From Eledone cirrhosa (lineage: Eukaryota), in assembly GCA_964016885.1 (NCBI GenBank), contig OZ024745.1, positions 3,782,001 to 3,846,000 on the forward strand: DNA of 64,000 bases. The letters are read 5' to 3'. Below are positions 38,201 through 53,200 of this stretch, one piece after another (within the stretch, counting starts at the first letter, position 1; each line of letters opens with the position of its first letter). Both the position numbers and the translations under genes were made by a program. Below the pieces are notes generated by a model, which saw only the letters and a program-made list of their open reading frames with translations, searched no databases and had not been told where the DNA came from.

Positions 38201-41200
38201 TGGGGCCCGGAGAATGGTAGGTTATAGTTGCAGGATGGGCCACAGAGAATGGTAGGTTATAGTTGCAGGATGGGGCCACAGAGAATGGTAGGTTATAGTT
38301 GCAGGATGGGGCCCGGAGAATGGTAGGTTATAGTTGCAGGATGGGGCCACAGAGAATGGTAGGTTATAGTTGCAGGATGGGGCCACAGGAGAATGGTAGG
38401 TTATAGTTGCAGGATGGGGACCACAGAGAATGGTAGGTTATAGTTGCAGGATGGGGCCACAGAGAATGGTAGGTTAATAGTTGCAGGATGGGGCCACAGA
38501 GAATGGTAGGTTATAGTTGCAGGATGGGGCCACAGAGAATGGTAGGTTATAGTTGCAGGATGGGGCCGGAGAATGGTATAGTTGCAGGATGGGGCCACAG
38601 AGAATGGTAGGTTATAGTTGCAGGATGGGGCCACAGAGAATGGTAGGTTATAGTTGCAGTATGGGGCCACAGAGAATGGTAGGTTATAGTTGCAGGATGG
38701 GGCCACAGAGAATGGTAGGTTATAGTTGCAGGATGGGGCCACAGAGAATGGTAGGTTATAGTTGCAGGATGGGGCCACAGAGAATGGTAGGTTATAGTTG
38801 CAGGATGGGGCCGGAGAATGGTAGGTTATAGTTGCAGTATGGGGACCACAGAGAATGGTAGGTTATAGTTGCAGGATGGGTCACAGAGAATGGTAGGTTA
38901 TAGTTGCAGGATGGGGCCACAGAGAATGGTAGGTTATAGTTGCAGGATGGGGCCGGAGAATGGTAGGTTATAGTTGCAGGATGGGGCCGGAGAATGGTAG
39001 GTTATAGTTGCAGGATGGGGCCAGGAGAATGGTAGGTTATAGTTGCAGGATGGGGCCGGAGAATGGTAGGTTATAGTTGCAGTATGGGACCACCAGAGAA
39101 TGGTAGGTTATAGTTGCAGGATGGGGCCACAGAGAATGGTAGGTTATAGTTGCAGGATGGGGCCAGGAGAATGGTAGGTTATAGTTGCAGGATGGGGCCA
39201 CAGAGAATGGTAGGTTATAGTTGCAGGATGGGGCCCGGAGAATGGTAGGTTATAGTTGCAGGATGGGGCCGGAGAATGGTAGGTTATAGTTGCAGTATGG
39301 GACCACAGAGAATGGTAGGTTATAGTTGCAGGATGGGGCCACAGAGAATGGTAGGTTATAGTTGCAGGATGGGGCCACAGAGAATGGTAGGTTATAGTTG
39401 CAGGATGGGGCCACAGAGAATGGTAGGTTATAGTTGCAGTATGGGGCCGGAGAATGGTAGGTTATAGTTGCAGGATGGGGCCGGAGAATGGTAGGTTATA
39501 GTTGCAGGATGGGGCCAGGAGAATGGTAGGTTATAGTTGCAGGATGGGGCCGGAGAATGGTAGGTTATAGTTGCAGGATGGGCCACAGAGAATGGTAGGT
39601 TATAGTTGCAGGATGGGGCCACAGAGAATGGTAGGTTATAGTTGCAGGATGGGGCCACAGAGAATGGTAGGTTATAGTTGCAGTATGGGACCACAGAGAA
39701 TGGTAGGTTATAGTTGCAGGATGGGGTCACAGAGAATGGTAGGTTATAGTTGCAGGATGGGGCCGGAGAATGGTAGGTTATAGTTGCAGGATGGGGCCGG
39801 AGATGGTAGGTTATAGTTGCAGGATGGGGCCACAGAGAATGGTAGGTTATAGTTGCAGGATGGGGTCACAGAGAATGGTAGGTTATAGTTGCAGGATGGG
39901 GGCCACAGAGAATGGTAGGTTATAGTTGCAGGATGGGGCCAGGAGAATGGTAGGTTATAGTTGCAGGATGGGGCCGGAGAATGGTAGGTTATAGTTGCAG
40001 GATGGGGCCGGAGAATGGTAGGTTATAGTTGCAGTATGGGACCACAGAGAATGGTAGGTTATAGTTGCAGGATGGGGCCACAGAGAATGGTAGGTTATAG
40101 TTGCAGGATGGGGCCGGAGAATGGTAGGTTATAGTTGCAGGATGGGGCCGGAGAATGGTAGGTTATAGTTTGCAGGATGGGGCCGGAGAATGGTAGGTTA
40201 TAGTTGCAGTATGGGGACCACAGAGAATGGTAGGTTATAGTTGCAGGATGGGGCCACAGAGAATGGTAGGTTATAGTTGCAGGATGGGGCCACAGAGAAT
40301 GGTAGGTTATAGTTGCAGGATGGGGCCACAGAGAATGGTAGGTTATAGTTGCAGGATGGGGCCGGAGAATGGTAGGTTATAGTTGCAGGATGGGGCCGGA
40401 GAATGGTAGGTTATAGTTGCAGATGGGACCCGGAGAATGGTAGGTTATAGTTGCAGGATGGGGCCAGAGAATGGTAGGTTATAGTTGCAGGATGGGGCCA
40501 CAGAGAATGGTAGGTTATAGTTGCAGGATGGGGCCACAGAGAATGGTAGGTTATAGTTGCAGGATGGGGCCACAGAGAATGGTAGGTTATAGTTGCAGTA
40601 TGGGGACCACAGAGAATGGTAGGTTATAGTTGCAGGATGGGGTCACAGAGAATGGTAGGTTATAGTTAGCAGGATGGGGCCGGAGAATGGTAGGTTATAG
40701 TTGCAGGATGGGGCCCGAGAATGGTAGGTTATAGTTGCAGGATGGGGCCACAGAGAATGGTAGGTTATAGTTGCAGGATGGGGCCACAGAGAATGGTAGG
40801 TTATAGTTGCAGGATGGGGCCACAGAGAATGGTAGGTTATAGTTGCAGGATGGGGCACAGAGAATGGTAGGTTATAGTTGCAGGATGGGGCCACAGAGAA
40901 TGGTAGGTTATAGTTGCAGGATGGGGCCACAGAGAATGGTAGGTTATAGTTGCAGGATGGGGCCAGAGAATGGTAGGTTATAGTTGCAGGATGGGGCCAC
41001 AGAGAATGGTAGGTTATAGTTGCAGGATGGGGCCACAGAGAATGGTAGGTTATAGTTGCAGGATGGGGCCACAGAGAATGGTAGGTTATAGTTGCAGGAT
41101 GGGGCCGGAGAATGGTAGGTTATAGTTGCAGGATGGGGCCGGAGAATGGTAGGTTATAGTTGCAGGATGGGTCACAGAGAATGGTAGGTTATAGTTGCAG

Positions 41201-44200
41201 GATGGGGTCACAGAGAATGGTAGGTTATAGTTGCAGGATGGGGCCGGAGAATGGTAGGTTATAGTTGCAGGATGGGACCTGAGAATGGTAGGTTATAGTT
41301 GCAGGATGGGTCACAGAGAATGGTAGGTTATAGTTGCAGGATGGGGCCGGAGAATGGTAGGTTATAGTTGCAGGATGGGTCCGGAGAATGGTAGGTTATA
41401 GTTGCAGGATGGGGACCTGAGAATGGTAGGTTATAGTTGCAGGATGGGGCCGGAGAATGGTAGGTTATAGTTGCAGGATGGGACCTGAGAATGGTAGGTT
41501 ATAGTTGCAGGATGGGGTCACAGAGAATGGTAGGTTATAGTTGCAGGATGGGGCCACAGAGAATGGTAGGTTATAGTTGCAGGATGGGGTCACAGAGAAT
41601 GGTAGGTTATAGTTGCAGGATGGGGTCACAGAGAATGGTAGGTTATAGTTGCAGGATGGGACCTGAGAATGGTAGGTTATAGTTGCAGGATGGGACCTGA
41701 GAATGGTAGGTTATAGTTGCAGGATGGGACCAGAGAATGGTAGGTTATAGTTGCAGGATGGGGCCACAGAGAATGGTAGGTTATAGTTGCAGGATGGGGC
41801 CGGAGAATGGTAGGTTATAGTTGCAGGATGGGGTCACAGAGAATGGTAGGTTATAGTTGCAGGATGGGACCTGAGAATGGTAGGTTATAGTTACAGGATG
41901 GGGCCGAGAATGGTAGGTTATAGTTGCAGGATGGGGCCCGGAGAATGGTAGGTTATAGTTGCAGGATGGGGCCGGAGAATGGTAGGTTATAGTTGCAGGA
42001 TGGGGCCGGAGAATGGTAGGTTATAGTTGCAGGATGGGGCCGGAGAATGGTAGGTTATAGTTGCAGGATGGGGCCGGAGAATGGTAGGTTATAGTTGCAG
42101 GATGGGGCCACAGAGAATGGTAGGTTATAGTTGCAGGATGGGGCACAGAGAATGGTAGGTTATAGTTGCAGGATGGGGCCGGAGAATGGTAGGTTATAGT
42201 TGCAGGATGGGCCGGAGAATGGTAGGTTATAGTTGCAGGATGGGGCCGGAGAATGGTAGGTTATAGTTGCAGGATGGGGTCACAGAGAATGGTAGGTTAT
42301 AGTTGCAGGATGGGGTCCACAGAGAATGGTAGGTTATAGTTGCAGGATGGGACCTGAGAATGGTAGGTTATAGTTGCAGGATGGGACCTGAGAATGGTAG
42401 GTTATAGTTGCAGGATGGGGCCGGAGAATGGTAGGTTATAGTTGCAGGATGGGGTCACAGAGAATGGGTAGGTTATAGTTGCAGGATGGGGGTCACAGAG
42501 AATGGTAGGTTATAGTTGCAGGATGGGACCTGAGAATGGTAGGTTATAGTTACAGGATGGGGCCGGAGAATGGTAGGTTATAGTTGCAGGATGGGGCCGG
42601 AGAATGGTAGGTTATAGTTGCAGGATGGGGCCGGAGAATGGTAGGTTATAGTTGCAGGATGGGGCCGGAGAATGGTAGGTTATAGTTGCAGGATGGGGCC
42701 GGAGAATGGTAGGTTATAGTTGCAGGATGGGCCGGAGAATGGTAGGTTATAGTTGCAGGATGGGGCCACAGAGAATGGTAGGTTATAGTTGCAGGATGGG
42801 GTCACAGAGAATGGTAGGTTATAGTTGCAGGATGGGGCCGGAGAATGGTAGGTTATAGTTGCAGGATGGGGCCGGAGAATGGTAGGTTATAGTTGCAGGA
42901 TGGGGCCGGAGAATGGTAGGTTATAGTTGCAGGATGGGGTCACAGAGAATGGTAGGTTATAGTTGCAGGATGGGGTCACAGAGAATGGTAGGTTATAGTT
43001 GCAGGATGGGACCTGAGAATGGTAGGTTATAGTTGCAGGATGGGACCTGAGAATGGTAGGTTATAGTTGCAGGATGGGGCCGGAGAATGGTAGGTTATAG
43101 TTGCAGGATGGGGTCACAGAGAATGGTAGGTTATAGTTGCAGGATGGGGCACAGAGAATGGTAGGTTATAGTTGCAGGATGGGGCCGAGAGAATGGTAGG
43201 TTATAGTTGCAGGATGGGGTCACAGAGAATGGTAGGTTATAGTTGCAGGATGGGGCACAGAGAATGGTAGGTTATAGTTGCAGGATGGGGCCGGAGAATG
43301 GTAGGTTATAGTTGCAGGATGGGGCCGGAGAATGGTAGGTTATAGTTGCAGGATGGGGCCGGAGAATGGTAGGTTATAGTTGCAGGATGAGGGCCACAGA
43401 GAATGGTAGGTTATAGTTGCAGGATGGGGCCGGAGAATGGTAGGTTATAGTTGCAGGATGGGGTCACAGAGAATGGTAGGTTATAGTTGCAGGATGGGGC
43501 CGGAGAATGGTAGGTTATAGTTGCAGGATGGGGCCGGAGAATGGTAGGTTATAGTTGCAGGATGGGGCCACAGAGAATGGTAGGTTATAGTTGCAGGATG
43601 GGGTCACAGAGAATGGTAGGTTATAGTTGCAGGATGGGGCCGGAGAATGGTAGGTTATAGTTGCAGGATGGGGCCGGAGAATGGTAGGTTATAGTTGCAG
43701 GATGGGGCCACAGAGAATGGTAGGTTATAGTTACAGGATGGGGCCGGAGAATGGTAGGTTATAGTTGCAGGATGGGGTCACAGAGAATGGTAGGTTATAG
43801 TTGCAGGATGGGGCCGGAGAATGGTAGGTTATAGTTGCAGGATGGGGTCACAGAGAATGGTAGGTTATAGTTGCAGGATGGGGCCGGAGAATGGTAGGTT
43901 ATAGTTGCAGGATGGGGCCACAGAGAATGGTAGGTTATAGTTGCAGGATGGGGTCACAGAGAATGGTAGGTTATAGTTGCAGGATGGGGCCGGAGAATGA
44001 GTAGGTTATAGTTGCAGGATGGGGCCACAGAGAATGGTAGGTTATAGTTGCAGGATGGGGCCACAGAGAATGGTAGGTTATAGTTGCAGGATGGGGCCGG
44101 AGAATGGTAGGTTATAGTTGCAGGATGGGGCCACAGAGAATGGTAGGTTATAGTTGCAGGATGGGGCCACAGAGAATGGTAGGTTATAGTTGCAGGATGG

Positions 44201-47200
44201 GGCCAGGAGAATGGTAGGTTATAGTTGCAGGATGGGGCCGGAGAATGGTAGGTTATAGTTGCAGGATGGGGCCGGAGAATGGTAGGTTATAGTTGCAGGA
44301 TGGGGTCCGGAGAATGGTAGGTTATAGTTGCAGGATGGGGTCACAGAGAATGGTAGGTTATAGTTGCAGGATGGGGCCGAGAGAATGGTAGGTTATAGTT
44401 GCAGGATGGGGTCACAGAGAATGGTAGGTTATAGTTGCAGGATGGGGTCACAGAGAATGGTAGGTTATAGTTGCAAGGATGGGGGCACAGAGAATGGTAG
44501 GTTATAGTTGCAGGATGGGGCCACAGGAGAATGGTAGGTTATAGTTGCAGGATGGGGCACAGAGAATGGTAGGTTATAGTTGCAGGATGGGGTCACAGAG
44601 AATGGTAGGTTATAGTTGCAGGATGGGGTCACAGAGAATGGGTAGGTTATAGTTGCAGGATGGGGTCACAGAGAATGGTAGGTATAGTTGCAGGATGGGG
44701 CACAGGAGAATGGTAGGTTATAGTTGCAGGATGGGGTCACAGAGAATGGTAGGTTATAGTTGCAGGATGGGGTCACAGAGAATGGTAGGTTATAGTTGCA
44801 GGATGGGGTCACAGAGAATGGTAGGTTATAGTTGCAGGATGGGGCCGGAGAATGGTAGGTATAGTTGCAGGATGGTGGTAGGTTATAGTTGCAGGATGGG
44901 GTCACAGAGAATGGTAGGTTATAGTTGCAGGATGGGGCCGAGAATGGTAGGTTATAGTTGCAGGATGGNNNNNNNNNNNNNNNNNNNNNNNNNNNNNNNN
45001 NNNNNNNNNNNNNNNNNNNNNNNNNNNNNNNNNNNNNNNNNNNNNNNNNNNNNNNNNNNNNNNNNNNNNNNNNNNNNNNNNNNNNNNNNNNNNNNNNNNN
45101 NNNNNNNNNNNNNNNNNNNNNNNNNNNNNNNNNNNNNNNNNNNNNNNNNNNNNNNNNNNNNNNNNNNNGGTAGGTTATAGTTGCAGGATGGGGCCGGAGA
45201 ATGGTAGGTTATAGTTGCAGGATGGGGTCACAGAGAATGGTAGGTTATAGTTGCAGGATGGGGCCACAGAGAATGGTAGGTTTATAGTTGCAGGATGGGG
45301 CCGGAGAATGGTAGGTTATAGTTGCAGGATGGGGCCGGAGAATGGTAGGTTATAGTTGCAGGATGGGGCCACAGAGAATGGTAGGTTATAGTTGCAGGAT
45401 GGGGCCACAGAGAATGGTAGGTTATAGTTGCAGGATGGGGCCACAGAGAATGGTAGGTTATAGTTGCAGGATGGGGCCGGAGAATGGTAGGTTATAGTTG
45501 CAGGATGGGGCCGGAGAATGGTAGGTTATAGTTGCAGGATGGGCCGGAGAATGGTAGGTTATAGTTGCAGGATGGGGCCACAGGAGAATGGTAGGTTATA
45601 GTTGCAGGATGGGGCCACAGAGAATGGTAGGTTATAGTTGCAGGATGGGGCCACAGAGAATGGTAGGTTATAGTTGCAGGATGGGGCCGGAGAATGGTAG
45701 GTTATAGTTGCAGGATGGGGCCGGAGAATGGTAGGTTATAGTTGCAGGATGGGGCCACAGAGAATGGTAGGTTATAGTTGCAGGATGGGGCCACAGAGAA
45801 TGGTAGGTTATAGTTGCAGGATGGGGCCGGAGAATGGTAGGTTATAGTTGCAGGATGGGGCCACAGAGAATGGTAGGTTATAGTTGCAGGATGGGGCCAC
45901 AGAGAATGGTAGGTTATAGTTGCAGGATGGGGCCGGAGAATGGTAGGTTATAGTTGCAGGATGGGGCCAGGAGAATGGTAGGTTATAGTTGCAGGATGGG
46001 GCCACAGAGAATGGTAGGTTATAGTTGCAGGATGGGGCCACAGAGAATGGTAGGTTATAGTTGCAGGATGGGGTCACAGAGAATGGTAGGTTATAGTTGC
46101 AGGATGGGGCCGGAGAATGGTAGGTTATAGTTGCAGGATGGGGCCACAGAGAATGGTAGGTTATAGTTGCAGGATGGGGCCACAGAGAATGGTAGGTTAT
46201 AGTTGCAGGATGGGGCCACAGAGAATGGTAGGTTATAGTTGCAGGATGGGGCCGGAGAATGGTAGGTTATAGTTGCAGGATGGGGCCGGAGAATGGTAGG
46301 TTATAGTTGCAGGATGGGGCCACAGAGAATGGTAGGTTATAGTTGCAGGATGGGGCCGGAGAATGGTAGGTTATAGTTGCAGGATGGGGCCGGAGAATGG
46401 TAGGTTATAGTTGCAGGATGGGGGCCACAGAGAATGGTAGGTTATAGTTGCAGGATGGGGGCCGGAGAATGGTAGGTTATAGTTGCAGGATGGGGCCGGA
46501 GAATGGTAGGTTATAGTTGCAGGATGGGGCCGGAGAATGGTAGGTTATAGTTGCAGGATGGGGCCACAGAGAATGGTAGGTTATAGTTGCAGGATGGGGC
46601 CGGAGAATGGTAGGTTATAGTTGCAGGATGGGGCCGGAGAATGGTAGGTTATAGTTGCAGGATGGGGCCGGAGAATGGTAGGTTATAGTTGCAGGATGGG
46701 GCCGGAGAATGGTAGGTTATAGTTGCAGGATGGGGCCACAGAGAATGGTAGGTTATAGTTGCAGGATGGGGCCACAGAGAATGGTAGGTTATAGTTGCAG
46801 GATGGGGCCGGAGAATGGTAGGTTATAGTTGCAGGATGGGGCCGGAGAATGGTAGGTTATAGTTGCAGGATGGGGTCACAGAGAATGGTAGGTTATAGTT
46901 GCAGGATGGGGCCGGAGAATGGTAGGTTATAGTTTGCAGGATGGGGCCGGAGAATGGTAGGTTATAGTTGCAGGATGGGGCCACAGAGAATGGTAGGTTA
47001 TAGTTGCAGGATGGGGCCGGAGAATGGTAGGTTATAGTTGCAGGATGGGGTCACAGAGAATGGTAGGTTATAGTTGCAGGATGGGGCCGGAGAATGGTAG
47101 GTTATAGTTGCAGGATGGGGCCGGAGAATGGTAGGTTATAGTTGCAGGATGGGGTCACAGAGAATGGTAGGTTATAGTTGCAGGATGGGGCCGGAGAATG

Positions 47201-50200
47201 GTAGGTTATAGTTGCAGGATGGGGCCGGAGAATGGTAGGTTATAGTTGCAGGATGGGGCCACAGAGAATGGTAGGTTATAGTTGCAGGATGGGGCCGGAG
47301 AATGGTAGGTTATAGTTGCAGGATGGGGCCACAGAGAATGGTAGGTTATAGTTGCAGGATGGGGCCGGAGAATGGTAGGTTATAGTTGCAGGATGGGGTC
47401 ACAGAGAATGGTAGGTTATAGTTGCAGGATGGGGCCGGAGAATGGTAGGTTATAGTTGCAGGATGGGGCCGGAGAATGGTAGGTTATAGTTGCAGGATGG
47501 GGTCACAGAGAATGGTAGGTTATAGTTGCAGGATGGGGCCACAGAGAATGGTAGGTTATAGTTGCAGGATGGGGCCGGAGAATGGTAGGTTATAGTTGCA
47601 GGATGGGGTCACAGAGAATGGTAGGTTATAGTTGCAGGATGGGGCCACAGAGAATGGTAGGTTATAGTTGCAGGATGGGGCCGGAGAATGGTAGGTTATA
47701 GTTGCAGGATGGGGCCGGAGAATGGTAGGTTATAGTTGCAGGATGGGGCCACAGAGAATGGTAGGTTATAGTTGCAGGATGGGGCCGGAGAATGGTAGGT
47801 TATAGTTGCAGGATGGGGCCACAGAGAATGGTAGGTTATAGTTGCAGGATGGGGCCACAGAGAATGGTAGGTTATAGTTGCAGGATGGGGCCACAGAGAA
47901 TGGTAGGTTATAGTTGCAGGATGGGGTCACAGAGAATGGTAGGTTATAGTTGCAGGATGGGGCCGGAGAATGGTAGGTTATAGTTGCAGGATGGGGTCAC
48001 AGAGAATGGTAGGTTATAGTTGCAGGATGGGGCCACAGAGAATGGTAGGTTATAGTTGCAGGATGGGGCCGGAGAATGGTAGGTTATAGTTGCAGGATGG
48101 GGCCACAGAGAATGGTAGGTTATAGTTGCAGGATGGGGCCACAGAGAATGGTAGGTTATAGTTGCAGGATGGGGCCACAGAGAATGGTAGGTTATAGTTG
48201 CAGGATGGGGCCGGAGAATGGTAGGTTATAGTTGCAGGATGGGGCCGGAGAATGGTAGGTTATAGTTGCAGGATGGGGCCGGAGAATGGTAGGTTATAGT
48301 TGCAGGATGGGGTCACAGAGAATGGTAGGTTATAGTTGCAGGATGGGGCCGGAGAATGGTAGGTTATAGTTGCAGGATGGGGCCGGAGAATGGTAGGTTA
48401 TAGTTGCAGGATGGGGTCACAGAGAATGGTAGGTTATAGTTGCAGGATGGGGCCGGAGAATGGTAGGTTATAGTTGCAGGATGGGGCCGGAGAATGGTAG
48501 GTTATAGTTGCAGGATGGGGTCACAGAGAATGGTAGGTTATAGTTGCAGGATGGGGCCACAGAGAATGGTAGGTTATAGTTGCAGGATGGGGTCACAGAG
48601 AATGGTAGGTTATAGTTGCAGGATGGGGCCGGAGAATGGTAGGTTATAGTTGCAGGATGGGGCCGGAGAATGGTAGGTTATAGTTGCAGGATGGGGCCGG
48701 AGAATGGTAGGTTATAGTTGCAGGATGGGGCCGGAGAATGGTAGGTTATAGTTGCAGGATGGGGCCGGAGAATGGTAGGTTATAGTTGCAGGATGGGGCC
48801 GGAGAATGGTAGGTTATAGTTGCAGGATGGGGTCACAGAGAATGGTAGGTTATAGTTGCAGGATGGGGCCGGAGAATGGTAGGTTATAGTTGCAGGATGG
48901 GGCCGGAGAATGGTAGGTTATAGTTGCAGGATGGGGCCGGAGAATGGTAGGTTATAGTTGCAGGATGGGGCCGGAGAATGGTAGGTTATAGTTGCAGGAT
49001 GGGGTCACAGAGAATGGTAGGTTATAGTTGCAGGATGGGGCCACAGAGAATGGTAGGTTATAGTTGCAGGATGGGGCCACAGAGAATGGTAGGTTATAGT
49101 TGCAGGATGGGGTCACAGAGAATGGTAGGTTATAGTTGCAGGATGGGGCCGGAGAATGGTAGGTTATAGTTGCAGGATGGGGTCACAGAGAATGGTAGGT
49201 TATAGTTGCAGGATGGGGCCGGAGAATGGTAGGTTATAGTTGCAGGATGGGGTCACAGAGAATGGTAGGTTATAGTTGCAGGATGGGGCCGGAGAATGGT
49301 AGGTTATAGTTGCAGGATGGGGTCACAGAGAATGGTAGGTTATAGTTGCAGGATGGGGCCGGAGAATGGTAGGTTATAGTTGCAGGATGGGGTCACAGAG
49401 AATGGTAGGTTATAGTTGCAGGATGGGGCCACAGAGAATGGTAGGTTATAGTTGCAGGATGGGGTCACAGAGAATGGTAGGTTATAGTTGCAGGATGGGG
49501 CCGGAGAATGGTAGGTTATAGTTGCAGGATGGGGCCGGAGAATGGTAGGTTATAGTTGCAGGATGGGGTCACAGAGAATGGTAGGTTATAGTTGCAGGAT
49601 GGGGCCACAGAGAATGGTAGGTTATAGTTGCAGGATGGGGTCACAGAGAATGGTAGGTTATAGTTGCAGGATGGGGCCGGAGAATGGTAGGTTATAGTTG
49701 CAGGATGGGGCCGGAGAATGGTAGGTTATAGTTGCAGGATGGGGCCGGAGAATGGTAGGTTATAGTTGCAGGATGGGGTCACAGAGAATGGTAGGTTATA
49801 GTTGCAGGATGGGGCCGGAGAATGGTAGGTTATAGTTGCAGGATGGGGCCGGAGAATGGTAGGTTATAGTTGCAGGATGGGGCCGGAGAATGGTAGGTTA
49901 TAGTTGCAGGATGGGGTCACAGAGAATGGTAGGTTATAGTTGCAGGATGGGGCCGGAGAATGGTAGGTTATAGTTGCAGGATGGGGCCGGAGAATGGTAG
50001 GTTATAGTTGCAGGATGGGGTCACAGAGAATGGTAGGTTATAGTTGCAGGATGGGGCCGGAGAATGGTAGGTTATAGTTGCAGGATGGGGCCGGAGAATG
50101 GTAGGTTATAGTTGCAGGATGGGGCCACAGAGAATGGTAGGTTATAGTTGCAGGATGGGGCCACAGAGAATGGTAGGTTATAGTTGCAGGATGGGGTCAC

Positions 50201-53200
50201 AGAGAATGGTAGGTTATAGTTGCAGGATGGGGCCGGAGAATGGTAGGTTATAGTTGCAGGATGGGGCCGGAGAATGGTAGGTTATAGTTGCAGGATGGGG
50301 CCACAGAGAATGGTAGGTTATAGTTGCAGGATGGGGCCACAGAGAATGGTAGGTTATAGTTGCAGGATGGGGCCACAGAGAATGGTAGGTTATAGTTACA
50401 GGATGGGGCCACAGAGAATGGTAGGTTATAGTTGCAGGATGGGGCCGGAGAATGGTAGGTTATAGTTGCAGGATGGGGCCACAGAGAATGGTAGGTTATA
50501 GTTGCAGGATGGGGCCGGAGAATGGTAGGTTATAGTTGCAGGATGGGGCCACAGAGAATGGTAGGTTATAGTTGCAGGATGGGGCCGGAGAATGGTAGGT
50601 TATAGTTGCAGGATGGGGCCGGAGAATGGTAGGTTATAGTTACAGGATGGGGCCGGAGAATGGTAGGTTATAGTTACAGGATGGGGCCGGAGAATGGTAG
50701 GTTATAGTTGCAGGATGGGGCCACAGAGAATGGTAGGTTATAGTTGCAGGATGGGGCCGGAGAATGGTAGGTTATAGTTGCAGGATGGGGCCGGAGAATG
50801 GTAGGTTATAGTTGCAGGATGGGGCCGGAGAATGGTAGGTTATAGTTGCAGGATGGGGCCGGAGAATGGTAGGTTATAGTTACAGGATGGGGCCGGAGAA
50901 TGGTAGGTTATAGTTACAGGATGGGGCCGGAGAATGGTAGGTTATAGTTGCAGGATGGGGCCACAGAGAATGGTAGGTTATAGTTGCAGGATGGGGCCGG
51001 AGAATGGTAGGTTATAGTTGCAGGATGGGGCCGGAGAATGGTAGGTTATAGTTGCAGGATGGGGCCGGAGAATGGTAGGTTATAGTTGCAGGATGGGGTC
51101 ACAGAGAATGGTAGGTTATAGTTGCAGGATGGGGTCACAGAGAATGGTAGGTTATAGTTGCAGGATGGGGTCACAGAGAATGGTAGGTTATAGTTGCAGG
51201 ATGGGGTCACAGAGAATGGTAGGTTATAGTTGCAGGATGGGGTCACAGAGAATGGTAGGTTATAGTTGCAGGATGGGGTCACAGAGAATGGTAGGTTATA
51301 GTTGCAGGATGGGGCCACAGAGAATGGTAGGTTATAGTTGCAGGATGGGGTCACAGAGAATGGTAGGTTATAGTTGCAGGATGGGGCCGGAGAATGGTAG
51401 GTTATAGTTGCAGGATGGGGCCACAGAGAATGGTAGGTTATAGTTGCAGGATGGGGTCACAGAGAATGGTAGGTTATAGTTGCAGGATGGGGCCACAGAG
51501 AATGGTAGGTTATAGTTGCAGGATGGGGCCACAGAGAATAGTAGGTTATAGTTGCAGGATGGGGTCACAGAGAATGGTAGGTTATAGTTGCAGGATGGGG
51601 TCACAGAGAATGGTAGGTTATAGTTGCAGGATGGGGCCGGAGAATGGTAGGTTATAGTTGCAGGATGGGGCCACAGAGAATGGTAGGTTATAGTTGCAGG
51701 ATGGGGCCGGAGAATGGTAGGTTATAGTTGCAGGATGGGGCCACAGAGAATGGTAGGTTATAGTTGCAGGATGGGGCCGGAGAATGGTAGGTTATAGTTG
51801 CAGGATGGGGCCACAGAGAATGGTAGGTTATAGTTGCAGGATGGGGCCGGAGAATGGTAGGTTATAGTTGCAGGATGGGGCCACAGAGAATGGTAGGTTA
51901 TAGTTGCAGGATGGGGCCGGAGAATGGTAGGTTATAGTTGCAGGATGGGGCCACAGAGAATGGTAGGTTATAGTTGCAGGATGGGGCCGGAGAATGGTAG
52001 GTTATAGTTGCAGGATGGGGCCACAGAGAATGGTAGGTTATAGTTGCAGGATGGGGCCGGAGAATGGTAGGTTATAGTTGCAGGATGGGGCCACAGAGAA
52101 TGGTAGGTTATAGTTGCAGGATGGGGCCGGAGAATGGTAGGTTATAGTTGCAGGATGGGGCCGGAGAATGGTAGGTTATAGTTGCAGGATGGGGCCGGAG
52201 AATGGTAGGTTATAGTTGCAGGATGGGGTCACAGAGAATGGTAGGTTATAGTTGCAGGATGGGGCCGGAGAATGGTAGGTTATAGTTGCAGGATGGGGTC
52301 ACAGAGAATCGTAGGTTATAGTTGCAGGATGGGACCTGAGAATGGTAGGTTATAGTTGCAGGATGGGGCCGGAGAATGGTAGGTTATAGTTGCAGGATGG
52401 GGCCGGAGAATGGTAGGTTATAGTTGCAGGATGGGGCCACAGAGAATGGTAGGTTATAGTTGCAGGATGGGGCCGGAGAATGGTAGGTTATAGTTGCAGG
52501 ATGGGGCCGGAGAATGGTAGGTTATAGTTGCAGGATGGGGCCGGAGAATGGTAGGTTATAGTTGCAGGATGGGGCCACAGAGAATGGTAGGTTATAGTTG
52601 CAGGATGGGGCCGGAGAATGGTAGGTTATAGTTGCAGGATGGGGCCGGAGAATGGTAGGTTATAGTTGCAGGATGGGGCCACAGAGAATGGTAGGTTATA
52701 GTTGCAGGATGGGGCCGGAGAATGGTAGGTTATAGTTGCAGGATGGGGCCGGAGAATGGTAGGTTATAGTTGCAGGATGGGGCCGGAGAATGGTAGGTTA
52801 TAGTTGCAGGATGGGGTCACAGAGAATGGTAGGTTATAGTTGCAGGATGGGGCCGGAGAATGGTAGGTTATAGTTGCAGGATGGGGCCGGAGAATGGTAG
52901 GTTATAGTTGCAGGATGGGGTCACAGAGAATGGTAGGTTATAGTTGCAGGATGGGGTCACAGAGAATGGTAGGTTATAGTTGCAGGATGGGGTCACAGAG
53001 AATGGTAGGTTATAGTTGCAGGATGGGGCCACAGAGAATGGTAGGTTATAGTTGCAGGATGGGGTCACAGAGAATGGTAGGTTATAGTTGCAGGATGGGG
53101 CCACAGAGAATGGTAGGTTATAGTTGCAGGATGGGGTCACAGAGAATGGTAGGTTATAGTTGCAGGATGGGGCCACAGAGAATGGTAGGTTATAGTTGCA

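Noticed and set aside
36400-46950. Elevated 1-bp indel variants (33, 35 and 37-bp monomers) as a biologically degenerate zone
   Set aside because: They concentrate toward the N gap and often fall in homopolymers, which fits low-coverage long-read consensus error at contig ends.
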